Shown here one piece after another: positions 10,393 to 20,055 of a stretch of DNA of 64,000 nt. Origin of the DNA: an uncultured delta proteobacterium. Its GTDB lineage: Bacteria > Desulfobacterota > Binatia > UBA9968. The notes below the pieces were generated by a model, which ran no database searches, was not told where the DNA came from, and saw nothing but the letters and a program-made list of their open reading frames with translations. The stretch covers positions 896,001 through 960,000 of the forward strand of contig CAVSHR010000004.1 of NCBI GenBank assembly GCA_963727625.1. Direction: 5' to 3'. How positions within the stretch are numbered: position 1 is the first letter of the stretch; each line of letters opens with the position of its first letter. The translations under genes were made by a program, and so were the position numbers.

Positions 10393-11553
10393 CTAGGGAT
10401 GGAGCTTGGAGAGGGTGGCACTAAGAGCAGCTACGATGAGCTGGAATAATTCTTTGTATTCCTCTGGATCGGGTCGATAAGGCCATGCCAGGGAATGACC
10501 GGTGGTGTTCCGAATTCCCCAGGTCGCGCGAACCGCTCTCTGGGTGAAGTCAGGCGTAGTATCGTTCTTGATCTCTGCGATGACATCGTCGAACGTCTGC
10601 GCACCAAACCCTTGGGGAGCCGCGGTGAACCCAAATGCCGAATAAATACTGCCATCATTCAGGAAGTTATTGATAGTAGCCTTGCGGTTGACACTTTTAA
10701 TCACCCCGCCAGCCGGCGAAGTTTTGAGAAGAGTTTCAAAAAGGAGCGCTCCCTTGAAGAGATGAAGAAAAAACGGTTCGCCGGTGCTCGTCGGAGTTCC
10801 TGCAAGCGAAAGTTCCTTTGCCCTCGATGAAAATTCTAATAGAAAAGTAAAAACTCCGGTAACAGCTGATCTCTTGATGGAGCCGGGCGTCATCGCTGGC
10901 TTGACCAATTTATCTCGAAGTTCGTCGAGAGAGAGACTAATTCCGCTGGAGCTAGTCACCTCCCTCATAACATCCTCGAAGATTTTGCGAGTAATAGTCA
11001 CTAGCTCCTTGGCAGCCTGATTATTAGTCCTGTCGTCAAATAGTACGAATTTTCCCGATGGAAGCTCGAACCATCGGTCTTTGTGAAGCCGCAAGTCTTC
11101 TTCCAATGCAGCATCCATATAAAACAAGGCCTTCTCGAAATCCCGCGCCAAATACGAGGCCATCCCCAAGAAATAAAAAGGAGTTCCTTTGTGAATGTTC
11201 TGATATTTTGCCGGGTCATCTGCGGCCATTATTCCAAGCACATGTTCCCATGCGTTGATCTGGGCCACCGGCGAGTACCATAGTCTGCGTATGATCCCGG
11301 TTGAAGAAAATAAATCATCCGCGACCCCAGCGGCCATAAGAGCGTCAGCAGGGTCAATTTGTAGTTTTCTAAAATCTTCTATAAGCAACTTCTTATAGTC
11401 GTTGGTATAGAGATATACTTCGATCACCGACTTCCCCGCGGATTGATTAAGAAAATCCACTGACAGGAAAGAATTCGCCTGAGGCGATAACACTGGATCC
11501 GGTCCGCCAGGGCCATCGGTTTCTGTTAGGCTCGTGTTTGTTTCCCCGACCAT
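10393..11553 (-). CDS. Hypothetical protein with TPR-like segment and C-terminal RxxxxH (HEPN-like) motif
   Basis: 386-aa AT-richer ORF; PFYFLGMASYLARDFEKALFYMDAALEED (TPR-like); RNTTGH near the C-terminus. Confidence 0.65.
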   Translation of the reverse strand: MVGETNTSLTETDGPGGPDPVLSPQANSFLSVDFLNQSAGKSVIEVYLYTNDYKKLLIEDFRKLQIDPADALMAAGVADDLFSSTGIIRRLWYSPVAQINAWEHVLGIMAADDPAKYQNIHKGTPFYFLGMASYLARDFEKALFYMDAALEEDLRLHKDRWFELPSGKFVLFDDRTNNQAAKELVTITRKIFEDVMREVTSSSGISLSLDELRDKLVKPAMTPGSIKRSAVTGVFTFLLEFSSRAKELSLAGTPTSTGEPFFLHLFKGALLFETLLKTSPAGGVIKSVNRKATINNFLNDGSIYSAFGFTAAPQGFGAQTFDDVIAEIKNDTTPDFTQRAVRATWGIRNTTGHSLAWPYRPDPEEYKELFQLIVAALSATLSKLHP

Positions 11554-11584
11554 TTGCTACCCCTTGAGAGTTTACGGCCTTTAT

Positions 11585-11857
11585 TCAAATTACTTTAAAC
11601 GCGGCCAAAAGACCGATTATTCCCACTGTTACTAGAACCAATCCAAATCGCTTGAACGTTCGTAAGATACCGTGCAATCTTCGCTCCGAATTGGGCCAGG
11701 ATTCATCGGGCACCACTCTATACAAAGCCGCCGTTACGATGTCCGCCCATTGCGCGTTCCACCGCTTTTTTGCGGTCACCGCATATAAGTAGTTCGCGTA
11801 CGCGCCAATTACGATCATTACAATGCTTCCGATCAGAAGCGACACATCTTCTACCAA
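11585..11857 (-). CDS. Small hypothetical membrane protein
   Basis: 90 aa with hydrophobic segments at both ends; co-oriented, 31 bp upstream of the 386-aa ORF. Confidence 0.5.
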   Translation of the reverse strand: MVEDVSLLIGSIVMIVIGAYANYLYAVTAKKRWNAQWADIVTAALYRVVPDESWPNSERRLHGILRTFKRFGLVLVTVGIIGLLAAFKVI

Positions 11858-12185
11858 TGCTCGGTCTCCGCAAAAACTCCGTAAAAGTCGGTTCTATGGC
11901 GTGCCCCTGGTCGTCGTTCGCGGCACGAATTACTATAGACCTTCAGCGTGATCGCGCAATCCGAATGCCCCTCGCTGTTATTCCGCTGTTTATCAGGCAA
12001 TGCCGCAATAGGGCCGAAAGCGATGAGGTGGTGTTTTTGATCGCGTTTTTCTGCAGATTCCTTAGTCGCGCTTCTAATTTCCGCCAAGGTGCAAAAATGG
12101 GATGGTCAAGTCTTTCATCTTGCTCTTTCAAAATGGTCGCTGAATATTCTGAAGTCTGCCGTGTTGAACGGCACGGAGGTAAACT

Positions 12186-12461
12186 ATGAATTTTCGTACA
12201 CACAAGGGAAAACTATTGAAGAACCCAAAAGTAAAGAAGGAGTACGAAAAACTCGGTCCGGAGTTCCACCTCGCGCAAAGCTTGATCAAAGCCCGTATGA
12301 AGAAAGGCTGGACACAAGCAGAACTGGCCCGCCGAGTCGGCATGCAACAACCAAATATCGCGCGACTCGAAGGCGGAAACTACGACCGGGTTTCATTACC
12401 TACTTTAAAAAAAGTCGCCCGCGCCCTGGGAGCAGAGATCGAGATCAAGCTCTCCGCGTAA
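12186..12461 (+). CDS. XRE family HTH regulator (HigA-like antitoxin)
   Basis: RBS GGAGG; KKEYEKLGPEF.LAQSLIKAR...WTQAELARRVGMQQPNIARLEGG. Confidence 0.9.
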   Translation: MNFRTHKGKLLKNPKVKKEYEKLGPEFHLAQSLIKARMKKGWTQAELARRVGMQQPNIARLEGGNYDRVSLPTLKKVARALGAEIEIKLSA

Positions 12462-12724
12462 ATAAGGCTGTTGCTCTCAAAACAACAGTTGGGGCGTCAT
12501 TTCGCGTCTGAGGCCATGGACGCCTATTTCCTAGTTCCGGTCCTCCGAGGTGAAGCGTTGATGGCGCGAGGTATTGAGAGTTCGACGGCAGCGCAAATGT
12601 TGATCACGAGTCCGCGTTACCCGCCCAATCCTCACTTTAGAGCCTCCAGAACGCGGCACGCCCTATGATGCTACCTACCGAAACGACGCTAGTCATAAGG
12701 ATGACCTGAAGATCACGGCCGACT

Positions 12725-13159
12725 TCACCCGGCCCAAATAATATCGAGTTCCAGAAGTAACCCAGCGTCTCGTTGCCGGCCATCTCCCGTTACGAATGGG
12801 ATGCGGAAACCCGCGGCGGCTTGAAATGCCATCAATGACGCGACATGGATCGCATCCAAGGCTGTTACCGGCACGGTCCCTTGAACAATCTCTTCAGCCC
12901 GGTTCAAAACGGTTTCGCCCACCTCGACCAACTCCCAGCGGGTGCGATCACTCCGAACCCTGCTCAGCGTCGCAACGAAGGCCTCTTCGGACAACTCTCT
13001 ATCGCGTCTTCGTCTCCCCAAGGCGGACATGATTTCAACGGGCGTAATCGCCGAGGAGAGCAAGTCGTGCTGGCGCAACAAAGACACAACCCGAGCAGAG
13101 CCCGGCTCTCTCACATATCGTTTGATCAGAGCGCTGGTATCGAAATAGGCGAATTTCAC
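12725..13159 (-). CDS. vapC: PIN-domain toxin (VapC family)
   Basis: YFDTSALIK, E.MSAL, LDAIHVASL, FVTGD; overlaps the antitoxin by 4 bp. Confidence 0.92.
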   Translation of the reverse strand: MKFAYFDTSALIKRYVREPGSARVVSLLRQHDLLSSAITPVEIMSALGRRRRDRELSEEAFVATLSRVRSDRTRWELVEVGETVLNRAEEIVQGTVPVTALDAIHVASLMAFQAAAGFRIPFVTGDGRQRDAGLLLELDIIWAG

Positions 13160-13440
13160 CGCTCGTTGCGCTCCTCGCTGATGGTCTGCGACAGGGGTTT
13201 CCCCTTAACGCGAATTGCCTTCCAGGTCGGCTTTCCCATGGGTCCTCGCTGCCGAGCCGGACGCAGCAAGCCCTCCGACTCCAGACGGCGAATGATCGTT
13301 TCTTGATCTTCCTTGGTTTCAAGCGGCTTGATGACCGCGATAGGCTTCCCCCGCTCGGTCAATACGACTTCCTTGCCCTGCTTCACCGCTTTCATCGCTT
13401 TAGAAAAACTCTGGTTAGCCTCTCTCAATCCCATGCGCAT
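13156..13440 (-). CDS. Phd/YefM family antitoxin
   Basis: MGLREANQSFSK..KAVKQGKEVVLTERGKPIAVIKP. Confidence 0.9.
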   Translation of the reverse strand: MRMGLREANQSFSKAMKAVKQGKEVVLTERGKPIAVIKPLETKEDQETIIRRLESEGLLRPARQRGPMGKPTWKAIRVKGKPLSQTISEERNER

Positions 13441-13456
13441 ATCGATCCTCTAATTT

Positions 13457-13472
13457 GTAGTGATATCACTAC
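13457..13472. promoter_or_regulatory. Palindromic operator upstream of the toxin-antitoxin operon
   Basis: Perfect 16-bp palindrome gtagtgatatcactac, 16 bp upstream of the antitoxin ATG. Confidence 0.7.
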
Positions 13473-13704
13473 CTAGTGTACGCTTCCTCTCTCGGGACGT
13501 CAAATTCTGTATGTGGACTCCCACTCCAGAACTTGATGGGAGACTAACTGGCGTGTGTTCTTGACCACGAACTCCGCATTACCGGCCCAATCATCGCTTT
13601 AGATCAGCAAGAAGATCCTGTGCTCGATTCCCACTGACAAACGGATCAACTATGGTCGAGTCCCACTTTCTGGCGTTCTTGTTTGGGATCGAGGCCTGGG
13701 GCCA

Positions 13705-14238
13705 GGACTCGATCCCTTGCGAGACGTGAGACTCATTGCGTTCGGCCGGATCGGTCTGGTCTCGCAGTCGCTCTTCACCGGTGTGGTCGATGCGGCGCTT
13801 TTGGCGGCGGCCGATACTGTCGAAGCGAAGAAATATGGCATGCGCATGCTCATGGATATGGCTACGGAGCGCATCCCCTGCCCGTTCACTTCGGTGGTGA
13901 CGATGAAAACGGTGCTGGACAAATCGCCCGTGCTGCTGGACCGATTTCTCAGAGGCATCCTGCACGGGATCAAACTTGCGCTGACCAATCCGGATATGGC
14001 AAAGAAGGCCTTGAGCAGACATATGCGGCTCGGTGAAGGCGAGACTCTCGATGAAGTTTATCAACGGGCCGTGTTGGCCTACGAGCGCGTGCCCATGGTC
14101 CCCAAAGAGGCAATCGAGACCGTGGTGAAGGTTTCGCCCATCCCTTCGAATCGAAACCCGTTCGGCGTGTTGGACATGGCTGTGCTCGAGCGCATCGATA
14201 ACGAAGGTTTTATTCGCTCGCTTTACGCGGCAAAATAG
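13705..14238 (+). pseudogene. N-terminally truncated NitT/TauT-family ABC substrate-binding protein
   Basis: Similarity begins abruptly at the mid-protein motif GLDPLRDVRLI and ends with the typical ...LERIDNEGFIRSLY; no signal peptide or N-terminal lobe upstream. Confidence 0.7.
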
Positions 14239-14258
14239 GGAATTTTCAGGAGGCTGTC

Positions 14259-15107
14259 ATGACGGATATCCGAGGCGTTGGGAAGAAGATCACCTACAGC
14301 GAGGACAATCCGATCAGCGCGGAGATCGACGCGCTGCGCAAAAACCGCGACAACATCAAGCGGCCGCCCAAAGGCGACGAGGAGCGCGAGCGGTTGGCGC
14401 GCTGGCTCGCGCACCGCGGCCGCGACGAGCTCGAAGTTACGGTCGGCACCGCGTGTTACGCCATGGCGCACTTCGAAATGGATTGCGAGTGGCGTTACTT
14501 TCTTGCCGAGCATGCCGGCACCGAGGCGGGCCACGGCTGGGGTTACATCCGCCAGGCCAATACCATCGACCCAAGCCGCGATCACTCGAAACCCGACCCG
14601 GAATTCGAGCGCCAGTACGGCCTGACGCCGCGCACCGAACACCACCAGATCATGAAGCGCGATTTTTTGAGCTACATTTTTTCCGGCAACTTGTGGCCTT
14701 ACGGCCATGTCACCGCGGCGAGCATCCAGAGCATCCAGATCACGACACCGAAACTGCTCGATTTCGAAGAGCGCGTGGTGCACGCCGAGGAGCGCACTCA
14801 TCACGACGCGATTTTGCAGAAAATCCACGACTACGTGTGGGAGCAGATCGAGATTTGGGGCGAAGCGCCGATTCGCCGGCGCATCGGCGAGATCGAGAAG
14901 CAGGCGCTCAACAGCCGCCCGCGCACGGTCTTCGATCCGCCGCGACGGGAGTTCCTACGCAAATACTTCAATGTGCCGGTAGAGAACGTGCGTAAATTTC
15001 CCGCGTGGCGGGAATATCTCTATCTCAACGTTCTCGGCTTTCCGCCCGAGCCGGTTTACATCGAGAACTGGCCCGCGGAAATTCCCCAACCCAAAGCGGG
15101 GCTGTAA
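14259..15107 (+). CDS. Hypothetical ferritin-like (di-iron) protein
   Basis: RBS AGGAGG; RDELE, TEAGH (ExxH) and EERTH (ExxH) motifs in helical context. Confidence 0.65.
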   Translation: MTDIRGVGKKITYSEDNPISAEIDALRKNRDNIKRPPKGDEERERLARWLAHRGRDELEVTVGTACYAMAHFEMDCEWRYFLAEHAGTEAGHGWGYIRQANTIDPSRDHSKPDPEFERQYGLTPRTEHHQIMKRDFLSYIFSGNLWPYGHVTAASIQSIQITTPKLLDFEERVVHAEERTHHDAILQKIHDYVWEQIEIWGEAPIRRRIGEIEKQALNSRPRTVFDPPRREFLRKYFNVPVENVRKFPAWREYLYLNVLGFPPEPVYIENWPAEIPQPKAGL

Positions 15108-15338
15108 AACGCATTGCCGACTTGAGGAGAAATTCTTTCAACGGCAGCCCCGCGTCGTGTTTTTCACTTAGCCGTTTTGACCGCCAGCAAGGATACCGTC
15201 GGGCTCGCGGTGCTTCGATCAGGTCTCAAGCATCGGGCGAGGTCCGCTCCAAATCATTGACATCGTGGCAGAACCGCCTTTCGCGCAAGTTGTCACCAAG
15301 CTTGATTCACCGAATCTCTAAAGATATTCTGCTATTTT

Positions 15339-15812
15339 ATGAAACAAACGATCCATGTCACGGTTAACGGCCGGCTCTACGAAGAAGACGTCGAGCCCCG
15401 TCTACTCTTGGCCCATTTTCTCCGCGAGAAAATCGGTCTCACCGGCACTCACATCGGCTGCGTCGTCGGCGAGTGCGGCGCCTGCTCGGTGCTGCTCGAC
15501 GGTAAAGTGGTGAAATCCTGCCTCCATTTCGCCGTGCAGGCGGACGGCCGGGAAGTCACCACCATCGAAGGGCTCGCGAAAAACGGCGAGCTCAATCCGG
15601 TGCAGGAAGCGTTTGTGAAGAACTATGCATTTCAGTGCGGCTATTGCACGCCGGGCATGGTGATGACGAGCTACGCTCTTTTGCAAACCAATCCCAACCC
15701 GTCGGAAGCGGAGATCCGCAAGGCGCTCGCCGGCAATCTTTGTATGTGCACCGGCTATGTGCAGATCGTCGAAGCGGTCAAAGAAGCGGCAAAGGGAATG
15801 AAAAATGGCTAA
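15339..15812 (+). CDS. (2Fe-2S)-binding subunit (CoxS-like)
   Basis: GCVVGECGAC, QCGYCTPG, NLCMCTGY. Confidence 0.94.
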   Translation: MKQTIHVTVNGRLYEEDVEPRLLLAHFLREKIGLTGTHIGCVVGECGACSVLLDGKVVKSCLHFAVQADGREVTTIEGLAKNGELNPVQEAFVKNYAFQCGYCTPGMVMTSYALLQTNPNPSEAEIRKALAGNLCMCTGYVQIVEAVKEAAKGMKNG

Positions 15813-18231
15813 GTTTGTCGGCAATCGTTCACGAAGCAAAGAAGGTCCGCGACATGTTACGGGCAGAGGGTTATTCACCGACGATTTCACCCTGCCCGGC
15901 ATGCTCCAGGCGATGATCCTGCGCAGCCCCCATGCTCACGCTAAAATTTTGTCCGTCGATCCGGCCGAGGCGCTCAAGAATCCCAACGTCTTTGCCACGA
16001 TCACGCCGGATGATGTCAAGAAAATGACCAAACCCTTCAAACCCGGCCGTTACGCCGCGGGGTTGAAACGTCCCATCGATGAATACGCCGGAGCGGTGGA
16101 CAAAGTCCGCTATGTCGGCGAGCCGCTCGGCGCGGTGGCGGCCAAAGATCGGGGCACGGCGGAAGACGCTCTGGAATTGATCCAAGTCGAGTATGAGCCC
16201 CTCCGCGCCAATGTCGATGTCCATGAAGCGATCAAGCCGTCGTCCGCGGTGCTCTTCGATGAGCTCGGCACCAATCTCGCGTGGACCGGTTCGCTGCAAT
16301 ACGGCGACATCGATGCAGCGTTCCAATCTGCCGACCGAATCGTCAAAGAGAATTTAAAAATTCACCGTTACAGCTCGACGCCGCTCGAACCTTTCGTGGT
16401 CATCGCGTCCTACGACGCGGCGAGCAAGCGCTTGACCGTATGGGTCACGGCGCAAGTGCCGGAAGTGATCTACGACGGACTGCGCGAAACCCTCGGCCTG
16501 CAGGATGTCCGCGTGATCATTCCGGATGTCGGCGGCGGCTTCGGCCAGAAGATTCATCTGATTCGCAAATACGTCATCCTGATTTCGCTGCTGGCGATGA
16601 AAACCGGCCGGCCGGTGAAATGGATCGAAGACCGCACCGAGCATATGATGGCCGGCGGCCACGCTTGCAACCAAGACGTCGAAGCCCAAGCCGCGGTGAA
16701 AAACGACGGCACCGTGCTCGGTCTCAAGTTCAAAGAATACGACGACGTCGGCGGCTCGATCAGCACCCTGACGATCCACTTCACCAACAAGCTCAATAAT
16801 CTGTCGAACACTTACAAAACACCGGCCATATCCATGGAAGGCCACGCGGTGGTGACCAACAAGTGCCCGGTGGTTCCCAACCGCGGCATCGGCAAGCCCG
16901 GCATGTGCTTTATCTGGGAACGGATGATGGACCGGGTCGCCCAGGCGCTTAACTTGAGCCCCATCGAAGTGCGGCGCAAAAATTTGATCCAGGCCGACCA
17001 GATGCCCTACACCACGATCAGCGGCAACGTTTACGACAGCGGCGATTATCCCGGCCTGCTGAAAACGCTCCTGGAAAAAATCGACTACGACAAGCTCCGC
17101 GACGATCAGAAAAAAGCCCGCGCGGAAGGCAAGCTCATGGGCATCGGCGTCGTCATCGGTGTCGAGCCCGGCGGACGCAACGCCGCGCGCGACATGGCGA
17201 TCTTTCCGGAAATGAAAGAGCCGCCCGGCTCCGGCGGCATCAACGGCGCAAAAATCAAACTCGAGAAGAACGGCACGCTCTCGCTCCATCTGGGCTCGCC
17301 CAACTGCGGCCAGGCCCATGAGACCACCACCGCGCAGGTCGCCGCCGAGATTCTCGGCTCGACGCCGGACAGAATCAGCACCAGCATCCCCTTCGATAGC
17401 GATCTGTCTTCGTGGGGCGTGGCGGCGGCCAACAGCGGCAATAATTTTCATCTCTACGACATCGGCGCGATTCACGGCGCGGCCCATAAGCTGCGCGATA
17501 AAATCCTCAAGCTCGCGGCCTACAATCTCAAAGTCGAGCCGTCGGCGTTATCCATCGAAGACAGCGTAGTGAAAGTGCCCGGCGCGCCGGCCAAACAAAT
17601 CACCTTCGCCGAGCTCGGCCGGATCGCCTACAACAACCAGCATCTGATTCCAGACGATATGGAGGCCGGACTGGAGGCGACCCATTACTACACGTTTCCC
17701 CACGCCAAGCCCAATATCGTGCCCGGCGCCGACCGCAGGGTGCGCGCCCAGTTCTCCTTTTCCGCCGGTGCCCACGCGGCCATCGTGGAAGTGGACAAGA
17801 ATACCGGCTCGGTGCATGTGCTGCGCTATCTGATCGTCGGCGACAACGGCGTGGTGATCAATCCGGACGTGGTCAACGGGCAGGTCTACGGCTCCGCCGC
17901 GCACGGTATCGCTGTCGCGCTCGGCGAGGGGTTCATGTACAGCCCGGAAGGGCAGCCGTTGACGATCACTTATCTCGACTACGGCAAATGTTCGACAGCC
18001 GAGACACCGCGGGTCGAGGTCATCCATCAGCCCTCCCCCTCGCCGTTTACGGCGCTGGGGCAGAAGGCCGCCGGCGAAGGCGCGGCGATCCCCTCGCCCG
18101 CCGCCATCGCCAGCGCGGTGGAAGACGCGCTCCAACCGTTCGGCGTGAAAGTTTGCGATCTTCCGATCACACCGGAATCGGTGTGGCGCTTGATCAACCA
18201 CAATCCGGAAAAAGAGCGGAGGACCTTCTAG
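15805..18231 (+). CDS. Xanthine dehydrogenase/CoxL-like molybdopterin subunit
   Basis: LRSPHAHA, DVGGGFGQK, RPVKWIEDR, YDSGDY, GQAHET, KAAGE; no VAYRCSFR, so not form I CODH. Confidence 0.93.
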   Translation: MAKFVGNRSRSKEGPRHVTGRGLFTDDFTLPGMLQAMILRSPHAHAKILSVDPAEALKNPNVFATITPDDVKKMTKPFKPGRYAAGLKRPIDEYAGAVDKVRYVGEPLGAVAAKDRGTAEDALELIQVEYEPLRANVDVHEAIKPSSAVLFDELGTNLAWTGSLQYGDIDAAFQSADRIVKENLKIHRYSSTPLEPFVVIASYDAASKRLTVWVTAQVPEVIYDGLRETLGLQDVRVIIPDVGGGFGQKIHLIRKYVILISLLAMKTGRPVKWIEDRTEHMMAGGHACNQDVEAQAAVKNDGTVLGLKFKEYDDVGGSISTLTIHFTNKLNNLSNTYKTPAISMEGHAVVTNKCPVVPNRGIGKPGMCFIWERMMDRVAQALNLSPIEVRRKNLIQADQMPYTTISGNVYDSGDYPGLLKTLLEKIDYDKLRDDQKKARAEGKLMGIGVVIGVEPGGRNAARDMAIFPEMKEPPGSGGINGAKIKLEKNGTLSLHLGSPNCGQAHETTTAQVAAEILGSTPDRISTSIPFDSDLSSWGVAAANSGNNFHLYDIGAIHGAAHKLRDKILKLAAYNLKVEPSALSIEDSVVKVPGAPAKQITFAELGRIAYNNQHLIPDDMEAGLEATHYYTFPHAKPNIVPGADRRVRAQFSFSAGAHAAIVEVDKNTGSVHVLRYLIVGDNGVVINPDVVNGQVYGSAAHGIAVALGEGFMYSPEGQPLTITYLDYGKCSTAETPRVEVIHQPSPSPFTALGQKAAGEGAAIPSPAAIASAVEDALQPFGVKVCDLPITPESVWRLINHNPEKERRTF

Positions 18232-19089
18232 ATGATTCCCGGTGCTTTCGAATACTATGCGCCCCGCACTTTGAGCGATGCGGTGAGATTCCTCGCCGAC
18301 CATAGAGACGATGTAAAAATACTTTCCGGCGGCCAGAGCCTGCTGCCGCTCATGAAGATGCGCTTGTCCAAGCCCGCTTTTGTCGTCGACATCGGCCGCA
18401 TACCCGGTCTCGACACCATCCAACAGGAAGGCGACGATCTCGTCGTCGGCGCGCTGGTGACCCACGAACAAATCGAGCACTCCGATCTGCTCAAATTGAA
18501 ATGCCCGCTACTGCCTCAGACCGCGACGACCATCGCCGACGTCCAGGTGCGTAACCGCGGCACCATCGGAGGCAGCGTCGCCCACGCCGATCCGGCCGGG
18601 GATTGGCCGGCAACCGTTATGGCGCTGGACGCGGAAATCAAGATCGTCGGGCCCAACGGCGAGCGCTGGATTAAATGCGATGAGTTTTTTCTCGGGTTGC
18701 TCATGAGCGTGCTCGAGCCGGACGAGATCGTCACGGCGATAAAGGTGCCGGTTACCGGCGCGGATAAAACCGCTTATTTAAAAGCCGCGCCGCGCTCTTC
18801 CGGTTTTGCCGTCGTCGGCGTCGCCGTACGACTGGCTCTGGATTCTGCGGGAACTTGCAGTGGCGCTACGGTCGGCATCACCGGCGTCACCGATAAGGCC
18901 TACCGTGCCGACCGCGTCGAACAAATACTTACGGGCAAGAAGCTGGAAGCAGCCGTGATTCAACAAGCAGCTGCCCAAGCCTGCCGCAACATCGAAGTGA
19001 TCGAAGACATCAACGGCTCTTCCGAGTACCGCAAGCACTTGACCGAAGTGTATGTGGCGCGGACTATAGAGACGGCGCTGCGGCGCTAG
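18232..19089 (+). CDS. FAD-binding subunit (CoxM-like)
   Basis: GGQSLLPLMKMR, QVRNRGTIGGS.AHADP. Confidence 0.94.
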   Translation: MIPGAFEYYAPRTLSDAVRFLADHRDDVKILSGGQSLLPLMKMRLSKPAFVVDIGRIPGLDTIQQEGDDLVVGALVTHEQIEHSDLLKLKCPLLPQTATTIADVQVRNRGTIGGSVAHADPAGDWPATVMALDAEIKIVGPNGERWIKCDEFFLGLLMSVLEPDEIVTAIKVPVTGADKTAYLKAAPRSSGFAVVGVAVRLALDSAGTCSGATVGITGVTDKAYRADRVEQILTGKKLEAAVIQQAAAQACRNIEVIEDINGSSEYRKHLTEVYVARTIETALRR

Positions 19090-19170
19090 CCAACCTCGCT
19101 ACCCCCTTTCAACCCGCTTCGAGACGACGACCGGCGCTCCCGCCGCGCAAGTTCCCCCCGGGAAACGCGG

Positions 19171-20055
19171 CTAAAGCATCCGTCTCCGTAAATACGAACT
19201 TAGGTAATCCACCAGCGTTACCAGAATATAGATCGCCATGATCAGCGTCAGCAACTGATTTTCGAGAAACAAGCTGATGGCGATATAGATGCGCTGTCCC
19301 AGGCCGCCCGCGCCGACAAAGCCGAGGACGGCGGCGACGCGGATATTCACCTCCCAACGATAAAGCGTGTAAGAAATAAATTGCGGCAGGACCTGCGGCA
19401 CGATCCCGTAGAAAAAAATTTGCAACTTGTTGGCGCCAGTGGCTTGCAGCGATTCGATGGGCTGAGGATCGACGTCCTCCAGAACCTCACCGAACAATTT
19501 GCCGAGCACGCCGCCCGTGTGAACGCCCAGAGCCAAGACACCGGGAAATGGGCCTAAACCGACGAGGAATACAAAAATCAACGCCCAAACCATTTCCGGT
19601 ATCGTGCGCAGGATATTAAGCAAGCTCTTGGCAACTAGGTAGGGCAGGAAACGCAGGCCGCGGCGCCAGCCCTGTTTAGGCTCCATCTCGTATAGCAGTC
19701 CCGAGTAAATCAGATTGCGCGACGCAAAAAAGACCATCGCCAGCGCGATCACCACCGCCATCAGGGTGCCCATGAACGATATTGCGAAGGTCTCGACCGA
19801 GCCCGTGGCCGCTTCGCGCAGAACGGTGGGCGAAAAATCGGGCGGGACGAGCCTCGTCATGTAGATAAGAATCTGCTCGCCGCCATCGCGACTGAAGAGC
19901 TGGGTGAGATCGATGCCGGCACCGCGGTAACTCCACACGAGAAATACCAACATGCCGGCAAGAACCAGCGTGTTGGCGATCTTCGAACTCTTCCCGGATA
20001 CCGCACCCGAGACCGGTATCGTCTCGCAGCTATTGGGATTCATCGGCCGGCTCAT
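19171..20055 (-). CDS. PhnE/PtxC family ABC permease
   Basis: RTIPEMVWALIFV..VGLGP, GVLGKLFGE, YRWEVNIR. Confidence 0.92.
   Translation of the reverse strand: MSRPMNPNSCETIPVSGAVSGKSSKIANTLVLAGMLVFLVWSYRGAGIDLTQLFSRDGGEQILIYMTRLVPPDFSPTVLREAATGSVETFAISFMGTLMAVVIALAMVFFASRNLIYSGLLYEMEPKQGWRRGLRFLPYLVAKSLLNILRTIPEMVWALIFVFLVGLGPFPGVLALGVHTGGVLGKLFGEVLEDVDPQPIESLQATGANKLQIFFYGIVPQVLPQFISYTLYRWEVNIRVAAVLGFVGAGGLGQRIYIAISLFLENQLLTLIMAIYILVTLVDYLSSYLRRRML

Noticed and set aside
15805-18231. Aerobic CO dehydrogenase form I
   Set aside because: No VAYRCSFR active-site motif and no coxDEFG genes.
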